Positions 30,335-39,642 of a stretch of 64,000 bases of DNA are shown here, piece after piece (the stretch's first letter is position 1; each line of letters begins with the position of its first letter). A model generated the notes under the pieces. The model saw only the letters and a program-made list of their open reading frames with translations. It did no database searches and was not told the origin of the DNA. The translations under genes were made by a program, and so were the position numbers. The DNA is from Eubacteriales bacterium (GTDB lineage Bacteria; Bacillota; Clostridia; Oscillospirales; CAG-272): the NCBI GenBank assembly GCA_045614425.1, contig JAZLCX010000143.1:24509-88508 (forward strand), in the 5' to 3' direction.

Positions 30335-31021
30335 TTATTCTTCCTCTTTCAGTAGGTATTTTGCAAAAAGCAAATCTTCCGAGGTTGTTATCTTAAAGTT
30401 TTCCTTACCGGTATCCGTACAGTAGGGATAGATACCTATTCGCTCAAGAAGCATATTATCGTCGGTTATTGAAGCATCCTTTAAATCAACACCGAGTATC
30501 GCTTTCGTATATAAATCCATGCGAAATATCTGTGGAGTTTGAACCGCTCTCAATGCGTTTCTGCTTAGATTTTTTTCGATTTTTCCATCAACATCAACGA
30601 TTTTAACTGTATCCGTAACCGCTGCGGATGCCGTAGCCGCGCCATACACAGTCGCATCGTGCAAAACATCTGAAATCATGCGTTCTGTCACAAAGCATCG
30701 CGCCGCATCGTGAATTGCGATAAACTCTGTTTTCTCATCCGCCATCTTAAATCCGGAGAAAGCAGATTCCAAGCGCGTCGAGCCTCCGACAACAATAGCC
30801 TTAACCTTCTTAAAATCACTAAGCTCTGCTCGCGCAAACTCTATTTCATCTTCGCGCGAGACGACTATTACAGACGTAATCTCCTCGCACCTTTCAAATA
30901 CACCGACAGAACGGCGCAAAACGCTCTCACCGCCAAGAAGAAGCTTCTGCTTGGTTGTATTAAGATTCATTCGGCTGCCGCTGCCGGCAGCAAGAATAAT
31001 TGCCGTGACGTATTTTTTCAT
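30335..31021 (-). CDS. ispD: 2-C-methyl-D-erythritol 4-phosphate cytidylyltransferase
   Basis: AIILAAGSGSRM motif. ATG 31021 is preceded by GAAAGG; the track start at 31078 would overlap the upstream gene. The ispD stop abuts the ispF start. Confidence 0.93.
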   Translation of the reverse strand: MKKYVTAIILAAGSGSRMNLNTTKQKLLLGGESVLRRSVGVFERCEEITSVIVVSREDEIEFARAELSDFKKVKAIVVGGSTRLESAFSGFKMADEKTEFIAIHDAARCFVTERMISDVLHDATVYGAATASAAVTDTVKIVDVDGKIEKNLSRNALRAVQTPQIFRMDLYTKAILGVDLKDASITDDNMLLERIGIYPYCTDTGKENFKITTSEDLLFAKYLLKEEE

Positions 31022-31058
31022 ATATACGGCCTTTCTGTGAAATGAAAATTGATGTGCC

Positions 31059-31403
31059 CTACTTTCTGTAATAGACAAAATGAACAGTTATCGTACGCAC
31101 GGTGTCTCCGTTTAAGGCGTCCGGACCTTTAATCACAACTCCATCGCCGCTCATGAGATTGCTGGCCTCAAGGTCACGTACGTTGCAGGAAAAAAGCCGC
31201 TCCCCTGAGGAGTCCACGATAAAATTATCACCGTGTAAACAAAGCGATCCGCCTCTTCCGATCACGTCCTCGTTTCCGTTTCTGTGTTCGGTTACGTATC
31301 TTATCGCCTTGCCGTGCAGAGATTTTGCACGCTCAAGCCTGAATGCGTATGAATTCGTGTTTTGTTCAAGTCCAAACAGTTTTCTGAAAAAAGACATATT
31401 CAT
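31059..31403 (-). CDS. Hypothetical protein (114 aa)
   Basis: Clean ORF heading the ispDF operon. I recognise no motif. Confidence 0.6.
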   Translation of the reverse strand: MNMSFFRKLFGLEQNTNSYAFRLERAKSLHGKAIRYVTEHRNGNEDVIGRGGSLCLHGDNFIVDSSGERLFSCNVRDLEASNLMSGDGVVIKGPDALNGDTVRTITVHFVYYRK

Positions 31404-31523
31404 TGCACCTCGAGTAAACTAATGCTATTTTACCATAAAGTAAGCAAAAATGGAAGACCTTTTACTGTTTTTTAATAGAAATAAAGAAAATTTGAAAAAA
31501 ATTTGATTTTTTTTACAAAAACT

Positions 31524-31552
31524 ATTGATTTTAGGAAAAAAGTGTATTATAA
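31524..31552 (+). promoter_or_regulatory. Sigma-A-type promoter of the dcw cluster
   Basis: TTGATT (31524-31529), 17 nt, TATAAT (31547-31552). Confidence 0.55.
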
Positions 31553-31559
31553 TAATATC

Positions 31560-31576
31560 AAAGTGGGTCGAAGTGG
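31560..31576 (+). promoter_or_regulatory. Two direct AAGTGGG repeats 10 bp apart, candidate MraZ operator
   Basis: AAGTGGG at 31560-31566 and 31570-31576, just downstream of the -10 box. MraZ is known to bind phased GTGGG-type direct repeats in its own promoter. Confidence 0.45.
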
Positions 31577-31633
31577 GGCATTTTACCACAAAACACTCGT
31601 AAACACCCACAAAAGAACACAAGGAGGTAGGAC

Positions 31634-32056
31634 ATGTCATTCGTCGGTACGTACAATCATTCCCTCGATGCTAAAAACCGTGTATTCGTGCCCTCCAAGT
31701 TCCGTGAAGAGCTTGGCGAGGAATTTTACATAACCAGAAAATTTGACGCTTACCTCTCGATATACACTGCTGAGGACTGGGAAGCATACGTTGAAAAAAT
31801 TTCAAAGCTCCCCGAAGCAGATGCTGATGAGTTTCAGGATTTTATCCTCGGCGCGGCACAGAAGTGTGTTCCCGATTCCAGCGGCAGAATCATTCTTGAC
31901 GAAAGGCTTTTAAAGCACGCCAAAATAGAAAAGAATATATCCTTTGTCGGCGCAGGAAAGCAAATTCGCGTTTGGGCAGAGGAAGTCTGGAACGAGCGTG
32001 AGAAAAACAGAGATTACGACAAGATGCGCGAAATTATGCGTCAATACGGACTCTGA
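31634..32056 (+). CDS. mraZ: Transcriptional regulator MraZ
   Basis: 140 aa with two SpoVT/AbrB-type halves (LDAKNRVFVP, PDSSGRIILD). Confidence 0.95.
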   Translation: MSFVGTYNHSLDAKNRVFVPSKFREELGEEFYITRKFDAYLSIYTAEDWEAYVEKISKLPEADADEFQDFILGAAQKCVPDSSGRIILDERLLKHAKIEKNISFVGAGKQIRVWAEEVWNEREKNRDYDKMREIMRQYGL

Positions 32057-32073
32057 TTTGAAAGGATGCGGAT

Positions 32074-33018
32074 ATGTCGGATATATCATTCTCACATACT
32101 TCAGTACTACTCTGGGAATGTATTGAAGCACTCAATATAAGAGACGGATATACCTACGTTGACTGTACCGCCGGTGGCGGAGGACATTCGCTGGAGATTG
32201 CAAAGCGAATGGGCAAAAACTCAAGGCTGATATGCTTTGACCGAGATAAAGCGGCTATTGCTGCCGCAAGTCAGCGTTTAAAGGACTATCTTAATCAGGT
32301 TACATTCATAAACGACAACTTCTCTTCCCTTGAAAACGTACTCAGGGACATGCATATTGACAATTTGGGGGGCGTTCTTGCCGACCTTGGCTGCAGCTCA
32401 TTTCAATTTGATACTCCAAGCCGCGGTTTCAGCTATATGCACGACGCCGAGCTTGATATGCGTATGGATACCGACTCACCGATAACCGCGTATAAAGTAG
32501 TAAACGAATACAGCGAGTCAGAATTAAGAAGAATACTTTATGAATACGGCGAGGAGCGATTTGCACCGCAAATAGCCGCCGAAATCTGCCGAAGAAGAAT
32601 TGAAAAGCCCATAGAAACCACCTTTGAGCTTACAGATATAATAAAATCAAAAATTCCCAAGTTTTCCAGAATAGACGGACCTCATCCCGCAAAGCGAACC
32701 TTCCAGGCAATAAGAATCGAGGTCAACGGCGAGCTTGATGCAATAGAGCCTCTGATTAAGAGCGCGGCAAAATCACTCGTCAGTAGCGGAAGAATTGCGA
32801 TAATATCCTTCCATTCACTGGAAGACAGAATCGTTAAACAGTCTTACCGTTCTCTTGCAAGCGGCTGTATGTGTCCGCGAGACTTTCCCGTTTGCGTATG
32901 CAACAGAAAGCCCCTAATAAAAGAACTTACAAAAAAACCGATACTGCCATCTGATACAGAGCTTAGTGAAAACCCCCGTTCAAGGAGTGCGAAGCTCAGG
33001 ATAGCAGAAAAAATATAA
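32074..33018 (+). CDS. rsmH: 16S rRNA (cytosine1402-N4)-methyltransferase
   Basis: 314 aa with HTSVLL, DCTAGGGGHS and SFHSLEDR. Confidence 0.95.
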   Translation: MSDISFSHTSVLLWECIEALNIRDGYTYVDCTAGGGGHSLEIAKRMGKNSRLICFDRDKAAIAAASQRLKDYLNQVTFINDNFSSLENVLRDMHIDNLGGVLADLGCSSFQFDTPSRGFSYMHDAELDMRMDTDSPITAYKVVNEYSESELRRILYEYGEERFAPQIAAEICRRRIEKPIETTFELTDIIKSKIPKFSRIDGPHPAKRTFQAIRIEVNGELDAIEPLIKSAAKSLVSSGRIAIISFHSLEDRIVKQSYRSLASGCMCPRDFPVCVCNRKPLIKELTKKPILPSDTELSENPRSRSAKLRIAEKI

Positions 33019-33031
33019 GGAGATAAGAAAA

Positions 33032-33460
33032 ATGAACACCTCTAACGTATATGAGTCATTATATAATAATATGAAGAATAGATTCACCGTAGTTAACGAT
33101 AACTGCGAATATACTCTTGGCGAATATATGCTTATGAAAGCCGGTCAGAAAAAAGAAACCTCATCCCTGCCCGTCGTTAGAAAGAATTCTGCAGGAACAA
33201 CTGCTATAACAACGGTGTTCAAGTATGTTAATGATAAACTCACCTTGAAAGCTCCGCCGCAAAAGGACAAGGTTATCAGAAGATTTCCCTTCCGCACCTC
33301 TTTTGCTGCCGTTCTTTCCGCAGTAGTTGCGTGTACGCTCGTAATTTCATACGGCTCGGCAACACTCAGATCCGGCAGTACTCTCCCCCCCTCAACTGCA
33401 GAGGTTAACGAAGAGATTATTGATGAACCGATAACCGACACCTTTAACGCTGAAAATTAA
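33032..33460 (+). CDS. Hypothetical membrane protein in the ftsL slot of the dcw cluster
   Basis: 142 aa. The single TM helix (FAAVLSAVVACTLVISY) lies near residue 100, not near the N-terminus as in FtsL. Confidence 0.6.
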   Translation: MNTSNVYESLYNNMKNRFTVVNDNCEYTLGEYMLMKAGQKKETSSLPVVRKNSAGTTAITTVFKYVNDKLTLKAPPQKDKVIRRFPFRTSFAAVLSAVVACTLVISYGSATLRSGSTLPPSTAEVNEEIIDEPITDTFNAEN

Positions 33461-33495
33461 TTTGTTTCTCATATTTCTCACTTCTTATAAATAGG

Positions 33496-33535
33496 ATATA
33501 GCGATAGCTTAAGTGGCTGTCGCTATATTTTTTTG
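33496..33535 (+). terminator. Intrinsic terminator inside the dcw cluster
   Basis: ATATAGCGA / TCGCTATAT stem (33496-33504 / 33520-33528), extendable by TAGC/GCTG, followed by TTTTTT. Confidence 0.65.
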
Positions 33536-33549
33536 TTTTGGAGCAAAAT

Positions 33550-35793
33550 ATGAAGAATAATAAAATAAAAGGACAAAACACGATAGTTGCAACAAGAAAA
33601 CGAATCACCCTTATTTGTATTGCCCTTTTAACATTTCTCTCTTATCTGCTTCTTAACCTCATAAAGCTGCAGGTAGTCGGTCACGATTATTATAAAAACA
33701 AGGTTTACGACCAGATAACCACAACGACACCGCTGCGCGCAAACCGAGGTAAGATATACGACACAAATATGAATCTTCTCGCCGCAACAAGCACCGAGTG
33801 GAGAATATTTGTGTCAACCCGAGATATCAAAAAAGCCGAAAAAGAAAGCGGAATCAAGTATTCTAAAATAATTTCATCCGGACTTGCGGCTATACTCGGC
33901 TTATCTAGCGCGGATTTAGAAAAGAAAATAGTGTCTACAAATCAGCTTGACGTTACGGTAAAAAAATCCGTGTCCGAAAGTGACTACGTCAAGGTTTTGG
34001 ATTTTATAAGAAAAAATTCGCTTTTCGGACTTGTTTTTACAGAAGCCCACAGCTCGAGGTATTACCCGGAAGAAACACTTGCGGCACACGTGCTTGGGTT
34101 TACCGGAAGCGACAATCAAGGACTTTACGGGCTTGAATATTATTATGAGGATATCCTACGGGGAACAGACGGTTATTATCTTTACGCCAAAGATGCTAAC
34201 GGTAATGCACTCGACACGGAATATTCAACCTATATTCCCTCATCAGACGGATACAGTCTTGTAACAACCATAGATTCCTATATACAAACAGAGCTTGAAA
34301 GCCAGCTCGAAACGATACTTGTAAATCACTCGGTAGAAAACCGAGTTACCGGAATAGTTATGGATACTTCAACAGGTGCAATACTTGCAATGGCGACCTC
34401 TTCCCCGTTCAATCCGAACTCACCGTACGTGCTCGACGATATATCACTTGAAAAGCTCGCTTCGTGCGGCTATTCCGAATCAAGTGATGAATATAAAAGT
34501 TATAAACGCGCGCTTATGGAAACAATGTGGTCAAACAAAGCCGTCAGCGAAACCTACGAACCGGGTTCAACCTTCAAAATAATTACGGTTGCGACAGCGC
34601 TCGAAACGGGCAAGGCGACCGTCAACGATAGATTTTCTTGCGCCGGATACTACAAGGTTGGGGGCTGGCGCATAAAATGCCATAAGGTTACCGGACACGG
34701 CTCGGGATTTAATCTTGCCTACGGTCTTCAAATGTCATGCAACCCCACAATGATGCAGCTTGCTGAAAGAATCGGAGCTGAGAATTTTTATTCCTATATA
34801 GAAAAATTCGGATATTTTGAAAAAAGCGGAATAGATTTACCGAGCGAGGCGTCCACTATATTTCACAAGCCGGAAAACATAGGAACAACCGAGCTTGCCA
34901 CAATTTCATTCGGTCAGCGCTTCAAGGTATCGGTAATAAATCATCTGACGGCAATCGCAGCAGTTGCAAACGGTGGGAAGCTTGTAACTCCATACGTAGT
35001 AGAAAAAATAATTGACAAAGACGGAAATATAATATCAGAGCATATTACAGAAGAAAAACGGCAGGTAATATCCGAAAATACAGCATCATTACTTGCATCT
35101 ATACTTGAAGAGGGAGTAAGCGGAGACGGCGGCGCAAAAAATGCGCGCGTTGACGGATATAAGGTAGCAGCAAAGACCGGCACTTCGGAAAAATTCGATG
35201 TGCTTGATGCAAACGGAAACTCATACCTACGAATCGGATCTACCGTCGCTTTTGCACCGTCGGATGAATCGGGAATCGCCGTAATTATAGTTGTTGACGA
35301 GCCTACAAGCGCTGTAAAATACGGCAGTTTTGTAGCAGCGCCGTACGTATCGGCTCTTCTCACAAAAATACTCCCCTATCTTGAATACGAATCAAGCGAG
35401 GAAAAAATAAACCGTGAGGTTGATAACTACGTCGGATTAAAAACCGCAGATGCCGTCTCAAAGATCAAAGAGGCCGGATTTGAATACGAAATCATAGGAG
35501 ACGGAGATACGGTTCTCTCGCAAACGCCGAGTATGGATGACGTTATCAGTACGAAGCACTCAAAAATAATTCTATATACCACTCACGAAACCGAAATGAC
35601 GGTTGTACCAAACCTTGTCGGAAAAAGCATCGACGAAGCGGCGCGCTTGGCCATAAATTCAGGTCTTAATATCTCCATATCAGGCTCTGCTGACGGAGGC
35701 ACTGTCGTATATCAATCATTGCCTATGGGAGCGTCAGTCAAGAAAGGCGAGGTTATAAAGCTTAAAACAATGATTACCGATTTTGAGGATTAG
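33550..35793 (+). CDS. Class B penicillin-binding protein with two PASTA domains (FtsI/PBP2B/SpoVD type)
   Basis: N-terminal TM, transpeptidase motifs STFK, SCN and KTGT, and two C-terminal PASTA repeats. ATG 33550 lies 6 nt after TGGAG; the track TTG at 33538 sits in the terminator T-run. Confidence 0.93.
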   Translation: MKNNKIKGQNTIVATRKRITLICIALLTFLSYLLLNLIKLQVVGHDYYKNKVYDQITTTTPLRANRGKIYDTNMNLLAATSTEWRIFVSTRDIKKAEKESGIKYSKIISSGLAAILGLSSADLEKKIVSTNQLDVTVKKSVSESDYVKVLDFIRKNSLFGLVFTEAHSSRYYPEETLAAHVLGFTGSDNQGLYGLEYYYEDILRGTDGYYLYAKDANGNALDTEYSTYIPSSDGYSLVTTIDSYIQTELESQLETILVNHSVENRVTGIVMDTSTGAILAMATSSPFNPNSPYVLDDISLEKLASCGYSESSDEYKSYKRALMETMWSNKAVSETYEPGSTFKIITVATALETGKATVNDRFSCAGYYKVGGWRIKCHKVTGHGSGFNLAYGLQMSCNPTMMQLAERIGAENFYSYIEKFGYFEKSGIDLPSEASTIFHKPENIGTTELATISFGQRFKVSVINHLTAIAAVANGGKLVTPYVVEKIIDKDGNIISEHITEEKRQVISENTASLLASILEEGVSGDGGAKNARVDGYKVAAKTGTSEKFDVLDANGNSYLRIGSTVAFAPSDESGIAVIIVVDEPTSAVKYGSFVAAPYVSALLTKILPYLEYESSEEKINREVDNYVGLKTADAVSKIKEAGFEYEIIGDGDTVLSQTPSMDDVISTKHSKIILYTTHETEMTVVPNLVGKSIDEAARLAINSGLNISISGSADGGTVVYQSLPMGASVKKGEVIKLKTMITDFED

Positions 35794-35799
35794 CGAAAA

Positions 35800-37281
35800 A
35801 TGAAATTATTCGAACTTATTAAAAAAGAAGAATATACCGTAGATAAAGATATTGAAAATGTAGAGATTGACAGTATTACCACGACGCCAAGCAAAATAGG
35901 CCCGCAGACACTGTTTGTTCTGCTCAAAAGCATAAGCTTTGACGTCAACAATATAATAGAATACGTAATCAACCGAAGACCCGCCGCTATAATATGCGAC
36001 TATGATATTTCATTTAATTCCGAAAGCATTCCGATACTGAGATGTGAAAGCACACGGAAAGCTCTTCCCTATATTTATTCGGCGTATTACGGTATCAAGT
36101 ATGAAAAAATGAGGTTTTGCGCGGTAACCGGCACCAACGGAAAGACGACGACCGCCACTATGCTCTCGCACATTCTCGTCCATTCAGGCTTTAGGGTCGG
36201 ATTTATCGGCACGGGAAAAATCACAGTAAATAATAAAACGATAACCGACAGCAAGTATTCGATGACAACTCCCGACCCGGAGTTGCTCTATTATGCCATA
36301 AAGGAAATGGAAAATGCAGGTTGCGAATACGTAGTTATGGAAGTTTCAAGTCACGCTCTCCATTTTGAAAAGGTAGCTCCAATCCCCTTTGAAATTTCAA
36401 TCTTCACCAACCTTTCGCCCGAGCACCTCGACTTACATCGGGATATGGATAATTACTTTAGAACAAAAATGAAGCTTTTTTCATCAACAAAGGTCGGCAT
36501 ATTCAATACAGACGATGAATACTCAAAAAGAGCATGTCACGAAGCATCTTGTGAGAAAATAAAAACAGGAATCCTCTCTTCTGCGGATATAACCGCTAAA
36601 GACATAACCTTGAATGGACTTTCGGGTTCAGAATACATATACTCCGAGAACGGCTGTTTATTTAAGATAAAACTTTGTATCGGCGGAAAATACAATATAT
36701 ATAATTCAATGATGGCAACCGCCGCAGCCATTCGTCTTGGCGTAAAGCCTTCTATGGCCAAAGAAGCTCTTGCGAAGCTCGAGTTAATTGACGGAAGACT
36801 TGAAATTTTAAAAGATGACGTAACGGTAATAATCGATTATGCGCATACCGAAGAAGCATTTTTAAACTTGCTAAAAACAGTAAATGCGGCAAAAAACAAA
36901 GAGCAGAATGTAATTACAGTCTTTGGGTGTGGTGGAAACAGAGACTCGTCCAAGCGTCCAAAAATGGCCAGGGTCGCTGAAAAATATTCGGATTTTGTTA
37001 TAGTAACGACAGATAATTCAAGGGCTGAATCCGAATCGAAAATCATAAAGGATATCCTCGCGGGATTTCATTCTGAGAATCAGAGAAAAATTATCACCTC
37101 TCGCAAATCGGCAATCGAATATGCAATTTTGACGGCAAAGCGCGGTGACATAATTACGGTAATAGGAAAAGGTCACGAGCGGTATAATATAGACAAAAAC
37201 GGTTATTCTGATTTTGATGAAAGAGCTATTATTAAGAACGCTTTGAGGAAAAGAAAGCAGATTTATGAGAATAATACCTGA
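35800..37281 (+). CDS. murE: UDP-N-acetylmuramoyl-L-alanyl-D-glutamate--2,6-diaminopimelate ligase
   Basis: 493 aa with GTNGKTTT and a Mur-ligase C-terminal domain containing DNSR (TTDNSRAE). Confidence 0.93.
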   Translation: MKLFELIKKEEYTVDKDIENVEIDSITTTPSKIGPQTLFVLLKSISFDVNNIIEYVINRRPAAIICDYDISFNSESIPILRCESTRKALPYIYSAYYGIKYEKMRFCAVTGTNGKTTTATMLSHILVHSGFRVGFIGTGKITVNNKTITDSKYSMTTPDPELLYYAIKEMENAGCEYVVMEVSSHALHFEKVAPIPFEISIFTNLSPEHLDLHRDMDNYFRTKMKLFSSTKVGIFNTDDEYSKRACHEASCEKIKTGILSSADITAKDITLNGLSGSEYIYSENGCLFKIKLCIGGKYNIYNSMMATAAAIRLGVKPSMAKEALAKLELIDGRLEILKDDVTVIIDYAHTEEAFLNLLKTVNAAKNKEQNVITVFGCGGNRDSSKRPKMARVAEKYSDFVIVTTDNSRAESESKIIKDILAGFHSENQRKIITSRKSAIEYAILTAKRGDIITVIGKGHERYNIDKNGYSDFDERAIIKNALRKRKQIYENNT

Positions 37282-38638
37282 ACTGAAAATTACACTCGGC
37301 GAAATTGCTTCTCTCTTTGAACTTTCCGAAGTAAAAAATGTAAATGCCGAAGTTTCGGCATTTACCACCGATTCGCGAGAGGTAAAAGAGGGAGATGTTT
37401 TTGTCGCATTAAAAGGCGAGAGGCGAAGCGGCGAAGACTACATTAGTGAGGCTCGGGCAAAGGGCGCTTACATTATTTCATCGGAAAGTCAGCGTGCCAA
37501 TTTTAAGGTGGAGAACACTTACCACGCCCTTTTACGCATTGCTTCGTTTTATAAGGGAAAATTAAAAAAGCTCAAGTCTACAGTAGGGATAACCGGAAGC
37601 GTCGGAAAAACAACCGCGAAGAACATTGTTGCAAAAATGCTTTCTCAAAAATATCAAGTTCATGCAACAGAGAAAAACTATAATAATTTTCTCGGTCTTT
37701 CCCACACTATTCTTACCGCACCGTCAGACACTGAAATTATTGTCGCCGAGATTGGTATGAACCACTTAGGCGAAATTGAGATGCTCTCACGCGCGCTGCG
37801 CCCAAATATTTCGGTTATCACAAATATCGGAACTGCTCACGTCGGTATGCTGGGCAACCGCAAACGAATTGCAGAGGCAAAGCTCGAAATTCTTAAAGGA
37901 ATGTCAGTTCCGACGGTAATTGTTCCCTATGAAGAAATTCTTCTGAAGGATGCTCCGGGAAGCTATACCTATTCAACCGAAAACAAATCTGCCGATTGCT
38001 TTATACTTCCCAAAGAAGAGCTCTCTTCCGGCTCTAAATTCGAGGTACGAACAGGAAAATGGTCTATTCCCGAAAACAGCACTGTACTTCCCGGCCGACA
38101 TATTCTAAGCTCCATTGCAATCGGTGTGTCGGTTATGGACATTCTAGACTATAGCATGAGTGATGTCAGAGGAGCATTAACGATGCTCTCTCCCGACTTA
38201 ATACGTGCCAAAGAATATGATATCGGAAAAATATCCGTCTATGACGATACCTACAGCTCCTCGCCCGAAGCCATAATAGCGGTATTTAAGCTTTTGGCTC
38301 TCGATAAAAGCAGAACCAGAAGCTGTGTACTCGGTGATATGCTGGAGCTCGGAGAACACAGCGAGCAATTGCACTGTAAAATAGGTGAAGCTGTACACAG
38401 TTACGGTTTTAGTAGACTTTATACTTTTGGAAAACTCGCCCAAAAGATTGCCGACGCGGCAAAGCGCAGCGGTATGAAACCCGAAAATATATTCACAAAT
38501 TGCGATTTAAGCGCTCCCGAAATAACCGCGGAGCAAATATTTAAAAGCTGCGAAGCCGGTGAAATTATATTATTTAAAGCATCACATGAAATAGATGCCG
38601 GGCGAATATGCGAATGTCTTAAAAGAAAAATGAAGTAA
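37265..38638 (+). CDS. murF: UDP-N-acetylmuramoyl-tripeptide--D-alanyl-D-alanine ligase
   Basis: 457 aa with GITGSVGKTT. It overlaps murE by 17 nt. Confidence 0.93.
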   Translation: MRIIPELKITLGEIASLFELSEVKNVNAEVSAFTTDSREVKEGDVFVALKGERRSGEDYISEARAKGAYIISSESQRANFKVENTYHALLRIASFYKGKLKKLKSTVGITGSVGKTTAKNIVAKMLSQKYQVHATEKNYNNFLGLSHTILTAPSDTEIIVAEIGMNHLGEIEMLSRALRPNISVITNIGTAHVGMLGNRKRIAEAKLEILKGMSVPTVIVPYEEILLKDAPGSYTYSTENKSADCFILPKEELSSGSKFEVRTGKWSIPENSTVLPGRHILSSIAIGVSVMDILDYSMSDVRGALTMLSPDLIRAKEYDIGKISVYDDTYSSSPEAIIAVFKLLALDKSRTRSCVLGDMLELGEHSEQLHCKIGEAVHSYGFSRLYTFGKLAQKIADAAKRSGMKPENIFTNCDLSAPEITAEQIFKSCEAGEIILFKASHEIDAGRICECLKRKMK

Positions 38639-38655
38639 GAAAGGACGAAAACAAA

Positions 38656-39642
38656 ATGCTGGATAAGTATTTTCCACTCTACGTTTTTGTGTTTATATTC
38701 ACGTTTGCTTTCACGGCGGTATTTGAAAAGAAACTTATTCCAAGACTTTCAAAGCATGCGCGTCAACCGATTTACAGCGAGGGGCCGAAATGGCACATGA
38801 AGAAAAACGGAACCCCCACCATGGGAGGACTTGCGTTTCTCTTATCGTCATCATCAATTCTTTTCTGCTCTACTTTATTTTCGTTTTTATTTATTTCCAA
38901 AGAAATTGCAGTGTCTATATTTCTTTCTTTGATATTTGCTTTTTTCAACTCCGCGGTAGGAATTATTGACGACCTAAAAAAGCTTCACAGAAAGCAAAAC
39001 AAAGGACTTACACCTATCCAAAAATTACTCTTACAGTTCCTTGCGGCAATTTTATTCCTTTTAGGCAGGCATTTTCTTTTAGGCGACGGCACCGAGCTTC
39101 TTTTTTCATTCGGTGTGATTGATATAGGATTTATTTATTATCCGCTCTCCGTGCTTCTGCTTCTCGGAATCGTAAATTGCGCAAACCTCACCGATGGAGT
39201 TGACGGACTTGCTTCATCTGTCGCCTTTGGAATAGGAGTTTCCCTATTTTACGTAGCCGCGGCGCTAAGTGTAGATACGGGCATTATAGCTTCCGCAATA
39301 ATAGGTGCGTCGATAGGCTTTCTGATGTTTAATCTACACCCGGCAAAAATTTTTATGGGTGATACCGGCTCTCTCTTTTTCGGTGCTTTGATTGCAAGCT
39401 GCGGGTTCACTCTGAAAAATCCCTTTTTGTTTTTGTTTGTTTCGGGTGTCTACGTGATTGAAGGAATATCCGTAATCTTGCAGGTCCTCTCTTACAAAAT
39501 CACGCATAAAAGGATATTCAAAATGGCGCCTATTCATCATCACCTTGAAAAATGCAATTGGCCAGAAAACCGAATATGCATAGTTGCCATTTTATTAACG
39601 TTTGTTTTGTCAATTCCTGCGTATATTTTTTATTTGCCATGA
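38656..39642 (+). CDS. mraY: Phospho-N-acetylmuramoyl-pentapeptide transferase
   Basis: 328 aa with NLTDGVDGLA, MGDTGS and HHHLE. Confidence 0.96.
   Translation: MLDKYFPLYVFVFIFTFAFTAVFEKKLIPRLSKHARQPIYSEGPKWHMKKNGTPTMGGLAFLLSSSSILFCSTLFSFLFISKEIAVSIFLSLIFAFFNSAVGIIDDLKKLHRKQNKGLTPIQKLLLQFLAAILFLLGRHFLLGDGTELLFSFGVIDIGFIYYPLSVLLLLGIVNCANLTDGVDGLASSVAFGIGVSLFYVAAALSVDTGIIASAIIGASIGFLMFNLHPAKIFMGDTGSLFFGALIASCGFTLKNPFLFLFVSGVYVIEGISVILQVLSYKITHKRIFKMAPIHHHLEKCNWPENRICIVAILLTFVLSIPAYIFYLP

Noticed and set aside
31425-31733. ORFs of 71 aa (minus strand) and 76 aa (plus strand) in the mraZ upstream region.
   Set aside because: They sit in an AT-rich promoter region, have no SD, give low-complexity translations, and overlap the promoter and MraZ boxes.
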